Assembly (NCBI GenBank): GCA_030295235.1
Contig: AP026145.1
Span: 62,001 to 126,000, forward strand
Reading direction: 5' to 3'
Length of the DNA stretch: 64,000 bases
Origin: Fistulifera solaris
Taxonomy: Eukaryota
The notes under the pieces were generated by a model. The model saw only the letters and a list, made by a program, of their open reading frames with translations, made no database searches and was not told the origin of the DNA. The translations under genes and the position numbers were made by a program. Below, in pieces: positions 24,778-36,696 of this stretch (positions within the stretch are counted from its first letter, which is position 1; every line of letters begins with the position of its first letter).

Positions 24778-26070
24778 CTATGGTTTCTCCGCTTGCAAAA
24801 GGATCCAACCGGCTTGTACGGGCTGCGGTCTGTGTACATTTACAAAGCCTGCTTCCTCAAACGCCCGAATGACATTCTCTTCCTGAGATGCCAATATTCC
24901 GCTCATTCCCAATTTCGCCCCCGGTCGCAACAGTTTTAATAATAAAGGTGCCAGTTGCATCAATGGCGCCGCCAATATATTGGCGACGCACACATCGCAT
25001 AACGGAAATGGCGACACCTGCTCGTCTCCTTCGTCCGAAGACCACACGACTTCGCTGTGATCTCCCACTCGAGCATACGCCTTGTAGACCAGACTCATGG
25101 ACTCGTTGTCTCCGTTGCCTTCTTTGTTGTCGACAAACCACTCGAGCAGTGGAAGATAATTGCGCATTTCGATTTGATTGATACGAGCGTTTTCATTGGC
25201 AATCAAACACGCATCAACATCCAAATCAATTCCGATAATGGTCGATAATTGAGGGTGCACTTTGGCCGCCGCCATACCCAAAATACCAGACCCACTTCCA
25301 TAATCCAAAAACACGAGAGGATCATCCGATGAAGGGATATTTTCTGGCATGGACAGCCACTCCATACACAACTGCGTTGTCGGATGTTCGCCGGTCCCAA
25401 AAGCAACGCCTCCCTGGAGTGTAAGAGGAATCAAACGATCCATGTTGTAATCATTCTGTATTTGCGTTTGATTGTGCCAGGGAAACGTCAAAAGAAATCG
25501 ATTCGCTACCACAATCGGCTTCCAGCTTTGTTGCACATGCACAATCCAGTCGCGATTGGGTACAACTTCCAACTGATACGACAAGGATGGATGATCACTG
25601 CCCAAAAACTCCTGGACCGTCTCGACAAGCGTTTCCAGTTGCGTACTCGCCGAGAAATGTGCCGTAACGTGACAATGATTCCACACCGGCGGTAACCACA
25701 GTAGTCTTTCATCTTGATTGAACGTCGGTTCCCCAAACATGGGTTCTTCCACGTCCGTGTCGCGATCGGCATCTGTCATGGAAACGGAACAGGCTCCCAA
25801 TTCGAGTAGAAAATCACACAAGACATCGGGTTCGTTTTGTTTATCGATATTACGGAATGTGACGGATCGCAATTGCGCGGCCGATTCGTTTTCCGATACC
25901 GTCGGAAGATCGAATGTGTTATTGGCCGATTGATGATGCGTTCGACGCGCCGAAAAAGTAGCGTCTCGAATTTGAAAGGCCTCCGTCGGAATGAGCCAAC
26001 AGGCAAGGACGAGTAGAGCTAACAACATGCTTGGCAACGAATTATGATTCGTTTGATGCATTATAGACAT
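24778..26070 (-). CDS. prmA: ribosomal protein L11 methyltransferase, probably plastid-targeted
   Basis: DW...VQQSWKPI, AFGTGEHPTTQLC, LDYGSGSGIL, VANILA.PL, GMSGIL. Signal peptide ends ...IPTEAF. Confidence 0.92.
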   Translation of the reverse strand: MSIMHQTNHNSLPSMLLALLVLACWLIPTEAFQIRDATFSARRTHHQSANNTFDLPTVSENESAAQLRSVTFRNIDKQNEPDVLCDFLLELGACSVSMTDADRDTDVEEPMFGEPTFNQDERLLWLPPVWNHCHVTAHFSASTQLETLVETVQEFLGSDHPSLSYQLEVVPNRDWIVHVQQSWKPIVVANRFLLTFPWHNQTQIQNDYNMDRLIPLTLQGGVAFGTGEHPTTQLCMEWLSMPENIPSSDDPLVFLDYGSGSGILGMAAAKVHPQLSTIIGIDLDVDACLIANENARINQIEMRNYLPLLEWFVDNKEGNGDNESMSLVYKAYARVGDHSEVVWSSDEGDEQVSPFPLCDVCVANILAAPLMQLAPLLLKLLRPGAKLGMSGILASQEENVIRAFEEAGFVNVHRPQPVQAGWILLQAEKP

Positions 26071-26738
26071 CAGACAGAGAAAAAGTAATAGCGCTCATTT
26101 TTTTTATCCGAAAGAATTTTTTTGTGTGGCTCTTCGATCGTATGTGCGTCGCGCGGAAAGTGGTAAATAGTACACATTTGTTACATTCACTATAGAATGA
26201 AGTGTTGAGTAATCCACGATTGCATTTCAGTCACGCGTCATCATTTTTTCGATACGGATTGCTACTTAGCATTCGTTCCTTTTCAAAGTAAAATAAGCTA
26301 CAGTTGTCATTTTTGCGGCAAAAAATATCCTCAGATGCTTTTACCTTGCACGCCGTCTTGCTTTATGTCGAAACAGTTTGCAAATTGTTGTCTCTACGCC
26401 CGAAGTGTTTTTCGTTATTCGTCACGACTCCATTTCAGTCACGAACCCCTGTTTTCGCGCTATTCACTGTTTCCAATCCTTGTATAGTCTAGGCACATTC
26501 TTTCATTACACCACGTAAAATCTATGAATAGCTTGCTTACTTTAACTTTATATGGAGTAATGTTTTATGTTCGCGTTAGCCTGCAAAACGGTGTCCGACT
26601 TTATACGGACACCTAAGAATTGGGAAATATGATAGTGCGGCATGGACCGACTAAAGAACATGTCATGGCAATGAATAACAAAGGCGGCGTCGACATCTTT
26701 CTTCTCTTTCGTCTCAAGCGACAAATTTTTTAACGACT

Positions 26739-27915
26739 TCAGATGATGGTGTAACCGGTAAACAGGCTGTACAAAACCAGATTTACTTCATCATCCGGAA
26801 TTCCTGGCATGCAGGGATGACCGTCCGGTGGTTTGGTGATCCAAGGGTTGTCTGCTCCAAAATATACGCCGATGTCTCGACGCTGCAGCGCTATTAATAT
26901 TTGAAGCCACGATTCCACCCCTATTTCTTGTTTCGCCTGCACTCCATCGGGAAGTATATTTTCAGGTTTCTCCAAACCTATATTCCAGACGAGTGCGTTG
27001 AAAATTACCTTTTTCGACGTCGATGATGCGTGGTTATTCCTGGTGAGTTGAAAATAGTCCGAATAGATTCGATTTAAGGCATCGGCACTAAAATCATTAG
27101 GACGAAACACATAGTAGACTTCCACCAACTCCCGAAAGCGAACCATGGCAACGCTGTCGTTGCAGCCATCAATGGTTTCGTCCGGTACTTGGGATACACC
27201 GGCGTGATAATAGTCGGCCAAATTGTTTTTGGAGACACCGTGACATCTTCTTTTTGTATCCAATCCTTGCTTCGAATCGGTTTGCCGAGTTCTGAAAACT
27301 CAACGAGAGTATAATTGCGTCGTGCCATTGCTGACAAGGAGACATCGGGACCGGGTTGCTTCACCAGTAGTTGAGTGATGTCTTTCCGGAAACCACATGC
27401 CATCGCTTCCCACATTTGTCGAACATAGGATGATCCGTGTAACGCAATGCGTGTTGGCGAGTTGTCGACGGTGTCAGTCGTTGGAGTGGGGCGTGTTGAT
27501 AGACCTGCAGGACCGCCCAAAGCATCGACGAGACTCCTTAACCGACACGGTTTCGTATTGTTATCATGCCCCAAGTTCAAGACAAGTTCGTAATCCGAAG
27601 CCTCTGGTTTGTCGTAATCAAGTGGATGAGCACAATTGTAACGAGCTTTCATGACGAAACAAGAATAATGATCGTAACGCGGTTGTGTGCCGGGTAGAAC
27701 AGGGAGATACGAACCCATGTTCTTCAGATCAATGATTCCTGTTTTCGAAAGGCACTCGGGAAAATTCGCTCGAATAAAGTCAATCGAAGATTGAGGTGTT
27801 GTGTCGTCATCTTCCTTCTCAATGTCATCAATGGAAATTGCTGCCTTTATTTTTGTAGGAAACCGCTTTTTCGTCGTCTTGGTAGGCACAGAATAAACTA
27901 CTGTCGTTGGCGACG

Positions 27916-27955
<40 letters not shown>

Positions 27956-28156
27956 GAAATCGTCATCCCATATTTTAAGCTTCGTATCACTGTGTCTATC
28001 CTGTTTTTGTTGAATGTTTGTTTGAACCGGCATGAGATGTTGCCATTGCTGTACAGAGATTTGCGATAAACCGAGACACAGGCACGAAAACAACATCGCC
28101 CATTTCCATTTGCTCTGCGAAAAAGAATTCCGTATCGACGATAATGATGCATGCAT
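26739..28156 (-). CDS. type II membrane TBL/PC-esterase-like (SGNH) protein, copy 2; apparent frameshift at ~27253
   Basis: Paralogue of 22509-23929 with the same motifs (HGSSYVRQMWEAM, FGADNPWITKPPDGHPCMPGIPDDEVNL) and a poly-Asp stem. Confidence 0.62.
27918..27955. repeat. (TCA)n microsatellite encoding poly-Asp on the minus strand
   Basis: ~12 perfect TCA units. Confidence 0.9.
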
Positions 28157-28693
28157 TGTCGATTGTCAGCATTATTAGCGAAGAATAACAACTCTATTGG
28201 CTTTTTTAATTACGACAAGTGAAAGGGGAATAGAGTCGACAATACTGGTACTGTACTGGTACCTGCAACGATAGCAATAAACATGAAGAGAAGTGTGAGA
28301 GGATAAACGGAGTATGATTTATGATTTTTCCTCCACATTTGTTTTGCGAAAGAACCACTCGTGACTGTAATGCTACTTTGTTCAGTCACAGTCAAGCCCA
28401 ACGGACATTTCAACGGAAAGTCGCAAGATGTAGTGTCACTCGAGCAGAGAGAAGAGTGTTGTCGCACAATAACCCGTGACCCAAGTGGGCGGGAACAATT
28501 GCCGATGTCTCAGCATGACGTGGCAATTCGTTACGTCATTCATGTCGGCGTTTGTCCTATCACAAAACACGAAACAGAATGAATGCTGGGAGCACCATAA
28601 ATCCTTTTACCAGGTAAATAATTATTATTCATAGTCCTATAAACGACAATTCCTGTTGCAATTCACAAACTCCATAGAGGCCCTCAAGCGAAT

Positions 28694-29509
28694 ATGCGAC
28701 AACAATATCAATTCCTCGCGCTGCTAGTTACGCTCATGCTCTGCACCCTGACGAGAGCGTTTTTACCTTTCCCATGGACGCGTCATCGGCGAAATAGCAT
28801 TCAACGATTCGCCGACTCGAAAACGACGTTTCTGGAGCGCTTATCTCATAATTTAAAAACCACTTCGACAACCAAAGACGATACTTTTGTCAGTACAAAT
28901 CAAATACAATCAACAACCAAAGCATCGTCGTCTTACGTTCAATTCGCTCAAACCTATCCCTTTGCCAACAATATACTCATTGCCACCACCAAGACAGCGG
29001 CCGCCGATTTCTTAGCGCAAGTAGTCATTGCGCAAACACCCATTGCCGAGCTGGATCTGCAACGATCGTTCTTGTTTTGTTTGTTCGGAGCGCTCTATTT
29101 GGGAGGATTTCAGTATTTGTATCAGGTACAAATATTCAAGAAACTCTTTGATGTAGATCGGTTTACTCAACAAACGTGGCAAGAGAAGTTACAGGATAGG
29201 GAAGGTTTGCAAGCGTTGGCGGCACAAACTGCTTTGGATTTGACTGTCTTGACTTTGATTTATCTTCCGGCTTTTTACATATTCAAGGCATCCGTTTTCA
29301 GTGGATCCAGCGTTCCTGCGGAATGGTTTGCCAGCGGCATCGACACTTACCAGACAAACTTTGTGAAAGATGAAACGGATTTGATTCGAGTGTGGTTACC
29401 GGCAGATCTCGTATGTTTTTCGGTTCCTCTGTATTTACGGCTTCCCGTTCGACACATTGTAAGCTTTGTTTGGACCGCTTACTTGTCATTTGCTCGAGGT
29501 GGACACTGA
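28694..29509 (+). CDS. Mpv17/PMP22 family membrane protein with plastid-type bipartite presequence
   Basis: ADFLAQ, FGALYLG..QY..Q, WLPADLVCFSVP..LR.P...VSFVWT.YLS. Leader ends ...TRAFLP. Confidence 0.85.
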   Translation: MRQQYQFLALLVTLMLCTLTRAFLPFPWTRHRRNSIQRFADSKTTFLERLSHNLKTTSTTKDDTFVSTNQIQSTTKASSSYVQFAQTYPFANNILIATTKTAAADFLAQVVIAQTPIAELDLQRSFLFCLFGALYLGGFQYLYQVQIFKKLFDVDRFTQQTWQEKLQDREGLQALAAQTALDLTVLTLIYLPAFYIFKASVFSGSSVPAEWFASGIDTYQTNFVKDETDLIRVWLPADLVCFSVPLYLRLPVRHIVSFVWTAYLSFARGGH

Positions 29510-30173
29510 AAAGAGGCTGGCTTGTGTTATACGAGCTGCGATAAGTCGAATGAAGCCGCGATCATTGAAATGAAACGTCTTGGCATCGAGTCGAGGAGAG
29601 TGGCGTTCACCTTAGCTCTCTTTCCGTCTTACCGTTACTGCTCTGCCTACATGTTTATGTGGAACACCTAAATAATGACCAACGCACACTTTTGTCTGTA
29701 CATATAGTTGTGCACTAATTTACCTGATTTTCAAGAAAGCATTACTACAAAACAACTTTTAATTTTTGTTTAGCGCAGACTTTCCGCGAGCGGTATTTTA
29801 ACGATATGTATAGACCATCTTATCTCATCATCATTGTCCGTTGAGATGAAACAGGCTCTTTTGGCGGACCTCAAGAACTCGAACGTGTAAGCGCAACCAT
29901 GCACCCTGCCATCCAAATAACAATTATCACACGTCGAGAAAGCTCTGTTTATTCAAAACGTTGAACGTGTTTACAATCACTGCACCTCTTGAACTCGTTA
30001 TCTCGACTTGCAAGCTCGTCAAAGGTTACATTGGACGTTGAAAAGCCTAGAAAATAAAGCAAGACGCGAGCACTTTCGGCAACTGAAGTGAAAGTAAAAC
30101 ACGTTCTTGAATTTTGAATTATTTTCCTTCTGCATTCGTTCCTCAACGAATCGACTCAACACTCAACAAAAGA

Positions 30174-32744
30174 ATGGGAAACTCTCCAAGTAGTAGTGGA
30201 AAACGCGGAAAGAAGGGTAGCAGGTCTTCTGCAGGTACTTCTGTGGAGGAGGTTGCCGCTCGAGCGCAACAAGTTGCCGCCGATTTGCATGCGGGCATTC
30301 GCAATGGGCTGAAAAATCTGGAGGAGAATGATCATCCGGCCGCTCAAATGATTGATCAAATGTGCGGGCCGTATTTAGATCCTCATTCGTCCAATTCACG
30401 TCGTCGACGACCAGTTTACGAATCGTCATCGGAAGAGGAATCGGAGTTAGATTCACGTGCCGTTTCGGAAGATGAAACAACTTTGACCAATGATTATAAA
30501 CAGCGAAAAAATCGACGACCGCGAGGAAGGCACGAAACAGAAACGTTAGAGTCAGCATCGTATATATCACAGTCCGAATATGATGAAAGTACTTATGCTG
30601 ACAGGACGAAAGATTCAAGGCAGACAAAGTCCGAAATCGACGATCAACCCCGCCGTGGAAATCCCTCCAGTGCAATGCAGCAACCACTTGCCAGCTCGTT
30701 TGCCAAGAGATGTTATTTTACGAAATCTGGTATTGGGTCTTCAACGCAGCACTACGAAGGATTAACACTCACCGGCAATGTTGTCTTGATGTTAGCTGGC
30801 GCGATGAAACTGAAAGGTTGCCCGACCATTTGTGATGAAGATTTGAGACGAGTCGAACAAACATACCCAAATCAATTTTCAAGGTTACCTGATGAGTTGC
30901 TTCTCAGTAGCGGGTGGAGGAGAATTAGCAAGTATTGTCATTTTTCGGGTAAACCTATTCCGGACGGTGTTCCCTTTTTCGTGAGTTATATCTGCGCAGA
31001 GTTTGCTCTGCTTTGTTGCCATCTCCTTACTTACACTTTTCGTGTCCGGGTGCTGGATAGATTCGACAAAAGGCTACACCCCTCTGGAGGATATTATTTT
31101 CTCTTGGCTTCTGCTGTAGGTATGATCCGGCCGGACGACGTCGAACCTTTGAATCGGGATACTCTTGTGTTGCTCGAAACCGACTACCCTGCTGCTTGCG
31201 ATGCTGCACCAGCTGCTTTGATTCAAGATCCCTCAGAATGGACGTTGGTCGATAGGTTTTGTTTCTTCTCGGGCGGGCCGATCAATGCCGATGAAGATGT
31301 GTATTATCAAGCCGACTTTGATGGAAGTCTCATCTTTATGCTTGCTTTTCTATCGCCTTCATTGACTGCTGAAGAGCTCTACAAGTTAGACGCTCCCATT
31401 GATGAAAGCCTTCAGACAGTTGAAATGGTAGAGCATGTTGAGTCGATTTACGACCTCACCGAAAGAGATTTTGAAGATCTTAAGTTATATCACCTTGGAC
31501 CGTGTCGAGCATTGTGAGTTCATCTGTCTATTAGCTACATCGTCTCTGCTTTTTTTGCTCACGGTCTCTCGATGTTGTTTTTTACAGGCCGCCATTCCTG
31601 CTACAGCCTCATGCATGGAGCAAGGTTTTACCCCCACACTTTTTAAAAGCAAAGCAAATTGCATTACAACGTGCTGCTGATTTTGAGTCGTATATGCGCC
31701 AGACATCAGGTCGACCTGCCTCTCCGTATGATGAGTTTGCCAGTGACTCTCGAGAACAACCCTTTTCAACTATTGCGGAATCTTCGCCCCTTGCACAAAT
31801 AGAGTTCAACGATGAGAAACTTTACAATTCGGAGACTAAAAACGTACATCACGGACATGATGCAGTAAGATACGATGTACCACCGCCTCCCCCATTGCCG
31901 AGCAAACATGCCGCGGGAGCGTATTTACCACACGGTCCTCCAAGTCCGCCCGAATCTACAGACATAGCGGATCATTATCACAATTCACAGACGATGGATG
32001 ATCGACGGGTTGAAATGCATGAATATGACAACTCAGCAGTTCCAATGGATGAAGCCCTTGACGGCCTCGGTGCTCGTGTCCGTGGATTTGATCCTCCTGA
32101 AGACGAGCCCCCAAGTCTGAAAAAGAATGATGTAACTGGACTGGGCCACATTGACACTCAATATTATGTAACTCCAATGGACGAGGAACCGAGATCTCCT
32201 GTCACTGACGATTTTGCGAGCCCGGTTTCGATGGAAACGTATGACGAACACATCCCCAGTCCTGATATAGGTCGTCCTCCCAAGAAGTCAGAAATCGACA
32301 GGTCCAAATCGACATCTCCTGCAATGCGAGGCGCCCAAGAAATGCTAAAAAGAAATCGACAACGAAGGTCTTTGGAAACAGCGAAGAGGCAAGAAAGAGA
32401 AAGTAGGAAAGAAACTATTATACCTGAAAAGCCGAATGACGCGTTTGGAACTAATGCACGTTTTGAAACGCCGAAAAGTCCCGAGTCGGGAACAACATGG
32501 GAAACGGGGTCGGATGGGACTTCTATGGATGGTTCGACTTGGACGGATGACAACAATCCAGACCGCAGTTCGCGAAGGGCCCTCATTCTACAAATGGCGA
32601 AAGCTCGCATGAGAAACAACCAACAGCTCCAATATTCGCCCGAAGATGGGTCGCCGACAGCAGAGTCGCGAGAGATGGAAGAAGAGAAGAAAAAATGATA
32701 TTGGTCAACCGGATGACATTGATCTTACTGGAGACTTGGATTGA
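30174..32744 (+). CDS. hypothetical protein with MGxxxS start and three CxF[ST]G..I...W repeats; 2 probable introns, apparent frameshifts
   Basis: ATG 30174 MGNSPSS. Probable introns 30981-31060 (phase needs an indel) and 31514-31587. Indels at the C-run ~31632 and A-run ~32692 give ...RALPPFLLQPHAWSKVLPPHFLK... and a C-terminal DIDLTGDLD*. Confidence 0.7.
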
Positions 32745-33631
32745 TCTAATGATTGGACTATAATCTATGATGACACCATGCTGGTTGCCGGATCCCAGAC
32801 ACAAGCAGCGTGGGCCGATGTTCTGTGTTGCACGGGGTGAACTTTACAACGCATTTATGTGACGAAGCAACTCTGCCGGTCGACGAAAATGAACTGAACG
32901 TGTTTCAGATGCTTATGTAACAAAAATTTAATAATAAAGAGCGTCTTATTGAGTCTTATTGAACGTATCATCGTCATGAGACAATCCTTAATTGTCCTTT
33001 ACGTAGCCATTGCTGGCGACCTATCGGCACGAAAGAACCGACGTTGGAGAATCATCCACCAGCCGCCCTTTATTCTATGTGTATTTACCTCCCTTTATTC
33101 TTTTATGGCCGGTTCAGGTGACATAGATGGTCAAGATAACAGTGCCGGTTATTAATCTGCTTCATTCGAATTGAGAGCAACCTGGACTAACTGGCTTCGA
33201 TTCCAACTATTGTTTTACAAAGAGACTTGACGGACCACAGAGGAGACCTGTTCACCTTGAAGCATCACAGGTGTAAAACAGACGCATTAACATCAAAATC
33301 CCCTTAGTCATTTATGTAGAGACAGCGAGAAAACCAGGGAAAATCTATCTGATTTATACTTGTACATATTCATCCATAGCGCATGATTTTTTTGTGAGTT
33401 GATCAGTACCGGACGACCCTTCTTCTCTTTCTCGCGTTCCGTTTCATGACCACCATCAACCATCACCATCACTTTCTCACTTTTTGCTCTCTCTGCATTC
33501 TCTCCCGAAAACGTACCAGTACGGAGAAATGCGCCATCAACTTCTAAGAAAAGAGAATTGCTTGCGCCAAATCAAACCATACCTCAGAAATCATATGTTC
33601 ATATCATGGTTGCTGAACAAAAGGACAAACC

Positions 33632-34365
33632 ATGAAGCTTGTCAGAAAAACTTCTTTTCTGTGGGCGCTTTTATGTTTACGTCGCGGAATAGCACCTCCC
33701 CGCCATCATTGAAAGTAAGTGTGTTGTGGTCGCTCATGGTCCATCCATTCTTTTTTCTCTGCTCTTTCTTACATGGAAACGCATTGCTTCCTAATTTTCT
33801 CTAGATAGGAAGTATCGATGACGACCTTACTGAATTCAACGTAGGCGAAGGTAACACGGATGAGACCGACAGCTTGAATGTAATTCACATTAGGGACACC
33901 TCGGGCACCTTGGATGGTGTATCGAATAATCCTACAAATACAGCGGGGTCTAAATTTTACATGTTTTCGATTCTAGCACCGGGATGCGCATCACAGGGCG
34001 ATCCGGTAGTTCAATTGGATACGTCTTACGATCAAGACGGTCATTGGACACGAAGCGACAGTGTGGAGTTGCACCTCGCAGTACAAGCGTGGGAGCGCAC
34101 CGTCTACGACCTTCATCAAAATCAATCGCAATTCGCCCTGTGTCTTCAAGCTGATATTGTCATTCTCAACAGTAAACTCGAGACGGTGCTACTTGAGCAG
34201 AAAAAGTTTGAGTTTGTTGTCACCATTCTTCTTCCTACTTTTGATTTCGACGAACCTGATTTAGCCGATAACGGACAGTTTGTACTTCAGCTTCCTTGTG
34301 TCGGAAATAGAAGAAGAAAACCACGAGGTTTTAAAGTACATTCATCAGTTGTTGTTGCTCTCTAA
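33632..34365 (+). CDS. possible small secreted hypothetical protein (model uncertain)
   Basis: MKLVRKTSFLWALLCL leader at 33632, probable intron 33715-33804 (gtaagt...ctag), then an open frame IGSIDDDLTEF... to 34365. Exon 1 needs an indel. Confidence 0.35.
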
Positions 34366-34593
34366 CGAATAGTGGGGGTCATTCGATCAATCGCTCTTCG
34401 CCACTGTCGAATGGAGCAAATCCTCAATCAAGCGCTTGCTGGTCAAACGTGTAAAACGGTTTATCATTCTATTCATTACAGCTAATTCTTGTTACAATCA
34501 TTCATGTTTTGAACCTTCGGGTAATTACTCTCTATCTCTCAAAAAGGTGCGTCTTTTTTCTTAAAAGTGAAACATCAAATATTTCTAGCCAGT

Positions 34594-36054
34594 CTAGACT
34601 TCGGGTGCCACGCGCTCCCAGTTTTCTCTTTGGAATACTCGATCATCGAGTTTACTGCATTGTTGAGTATAGTTTTGTCGCAAATACTGTAAAACTGTTC
34701 GATTTGGAAGGGAGAGTATTTCCGCCGATGTTGTTGATGCTTCCATGACTTCATGTGATAGCGCAATCTCTTCTCCGTACACGGCTTCTGCCACGGAGTC
34801 TCGTACTTTGTAATGCAGCTCGCCTTCTTCGATTGGCAAACCAGAAAAGAAACAGAACTTGACGTATAGCTTCCACACACTTGCATCTCGTACTTGTACC
34901 GGTAACGTTTCAAACTGATCACCATACATGTCCGCCATTTGTTGCAACAGTCGTTTATTGGCAGGAGGCAGTATCTGTAAGAGCATACTACGATCCAAGT
35001 TCCAGTTGGGATCTAAATCACCGTCAATACTCATGGACAAATCATCTAGACTACTCATTCGGCTGGCTCGACTTCCTCCATAACTTTTGCTCGTCACACT
35101 CCTGCTCGTTACACTCTCCGGGCCTTTGCGTGACCCGTTACTGCCGCCCAATAGCCATGACCGACGACTAGTGCTCGATGGTTTCGCGCACTGGCGTGCC
35201 TTCTCAGGATCCGGCAAGTTCAGTGCCGAAGGCAAACAAAATACCACTAATGTCCGTAGACCTTGTTCTACCGACCCAGCGTAAAATGGAGTGCCGTCCA
35301 TGATGAGTTTACCCGTAAAGTAGCAGCGACGATTGCCGCCTCGACCCGTCTGTTGATGATGTTTCCCCACCGCGTAGTACGCCATGCGGCGCTGTGGCTT
35401 GGAGTGCGGTTCGTTCTTTTGTGTCGGCAGAGTCGCCGTATAACAAGAACGCATCGTGAGTTCACTAATGTTCCGCTCCATCGTGAGTGTCTGATCTTGA
35501 CGGACGTGCAGAGTTTCAAGTGGAACCCGCTGTCGCTTTGATTCGGCCTTGTGGTCCTCTTGGGGAGTGCCTTCCATCGCGGCATGTGTCGGACGAACCG
35601 AGTCGCAGTTGGATACTTTCGCATTCATCGACAAGCTGTTCAAGGAAGCTTCGGCGGTCGGTTGTTTCGATAACGCACCGTCGTTTGGCTTGAGATCGGT
35701 GGGAGGATGAATTTCGTCGGTTGAACTGACGGCGACGACAGGAGGCTCGTTCGGAACTTCCCACAAATGGCAAGGCGAAATTGTACACGCATTATTCACC
35801 ATATCATTCCATCGTTGCTGAAAGTGTTCAGTCGACCAAAGAGATTGTTTCCAAAATGAGGAAGATGGAGAAGATTTTTCCGAACCGGCCTGATTGGGGT
35901 TAGTGTCACCAGATCCTTGCGATAACTCGTTTTGCGCTTGCCGTAGCTCGTCTTCTGGATACATTTCAGAGCTACTGTGTATTTTGCTAGTACTAGGTAC
36001 GGCGGAATCTGAGACATCCTGCGGATTCACAATAGGATTGGCTACCGTTTGCAT
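34594..36054 (-). CDS. hypothetical protein with two CxF[ST]G..I...W repeats (paralogue of 30174-32744)
   Basis: Intact 486-aa ORF with RRCYFTGKLIMDGTPFY, YGDQFETLP..VRDASVW, KFCFFSGLPI, NYTQQCSKLD..VFQRENWERV. Confidence 0.8.
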   Translation of the reverse strand: MQTVANPIVNPQDVSDSAVPSTSKIHSSSEMYPEDELRQAQNELSQGSGDTNPNQAGSEKSSPSSSFWKQSLWSTEHFQQRWNDMVNNACTISPCHLWEVPNEPPVVAVSSTDEIHPPTDLKPNDGALSKQPTAEASLNSLSMNAKVSNCDSVRPTHAAMEGTPQEDHKAESKRQRVPLETLHVRQDQTLTMERNISELTMRSCYTATLPTQKNEPHSKPQRRMAYYAVGKHHQQTGRGGNRRCYFTGKLIMDGTPFYAGSVEQGLRTLVVFCLPSALNLPDPEKARQCAKPSSTSRRSWLLGGSNGSRKGPESVTSRSVTSKSYGGSRASRMSSLDDLSMSIDGDLDPNWNLDRSMLLQILPPANKRLLQQMADMYGDQFETLPVQVRDASVWKLYVKFCFFSGLPIEEGELHYKVRDSVAEAVYGEEIALSHEVMEASTTSAEILSLPNRTVLQYLRQNYTQQCSKLDDRVFQRENWERVAPEV

Positions 36055-36696
36055 GGTGAAAGTGGTTGCCTTGCAAAAAAAGACGTTTGCTGGTATTCGT
36101 TAGATGCTTTCTTTACGCGCTCGTCTTTCTATGTTGACGGGGATTGAGTAAGTTCTTAATAGAGAAAAGAGTCTGAGAATTATCGATCAAAGATTGCCAC
36201 AACTAGGATCTCGTTTCAACTAAGTGGATACGATGAGGAACTAATATGCAACAAAAACTTGCGTGTGTGTTTGTGCGTGCGATGATATTCTATGGAAGAG
36301 AAGTTGCTGGGGCGGAGAAATGAGGGAGGATGCGCGCTGTGTGCAAGTACAATTATGTTCCAGTACCGCCAGCAAAGTCTTTTTCTGTAATTAAGCTTCC
36401 GTTGTCATTAGTATATAAGTAAAAGCTTTTGATCAACGGAAAAAGGAGATCACAGCTCCGATAATGTAGATCATCCGGACGAGGTCCGTGCCGTACTTAC
36501 TTGTATTTATTGGGTCTTGGAGCTTGGAGGCCATAAAAGACTCGGGAAACCGTGGTAGACGTTATTGCTAGATCTAAGGTAACAATAGGTGCAGATTAAC
36601 AGCAAACAATAGTTACGTATCATTTCAGATCAAATGAATCATGAAAAATAATATACATAGTTCAAATTACATCGCTCGACATTCATTTTATGTCAG

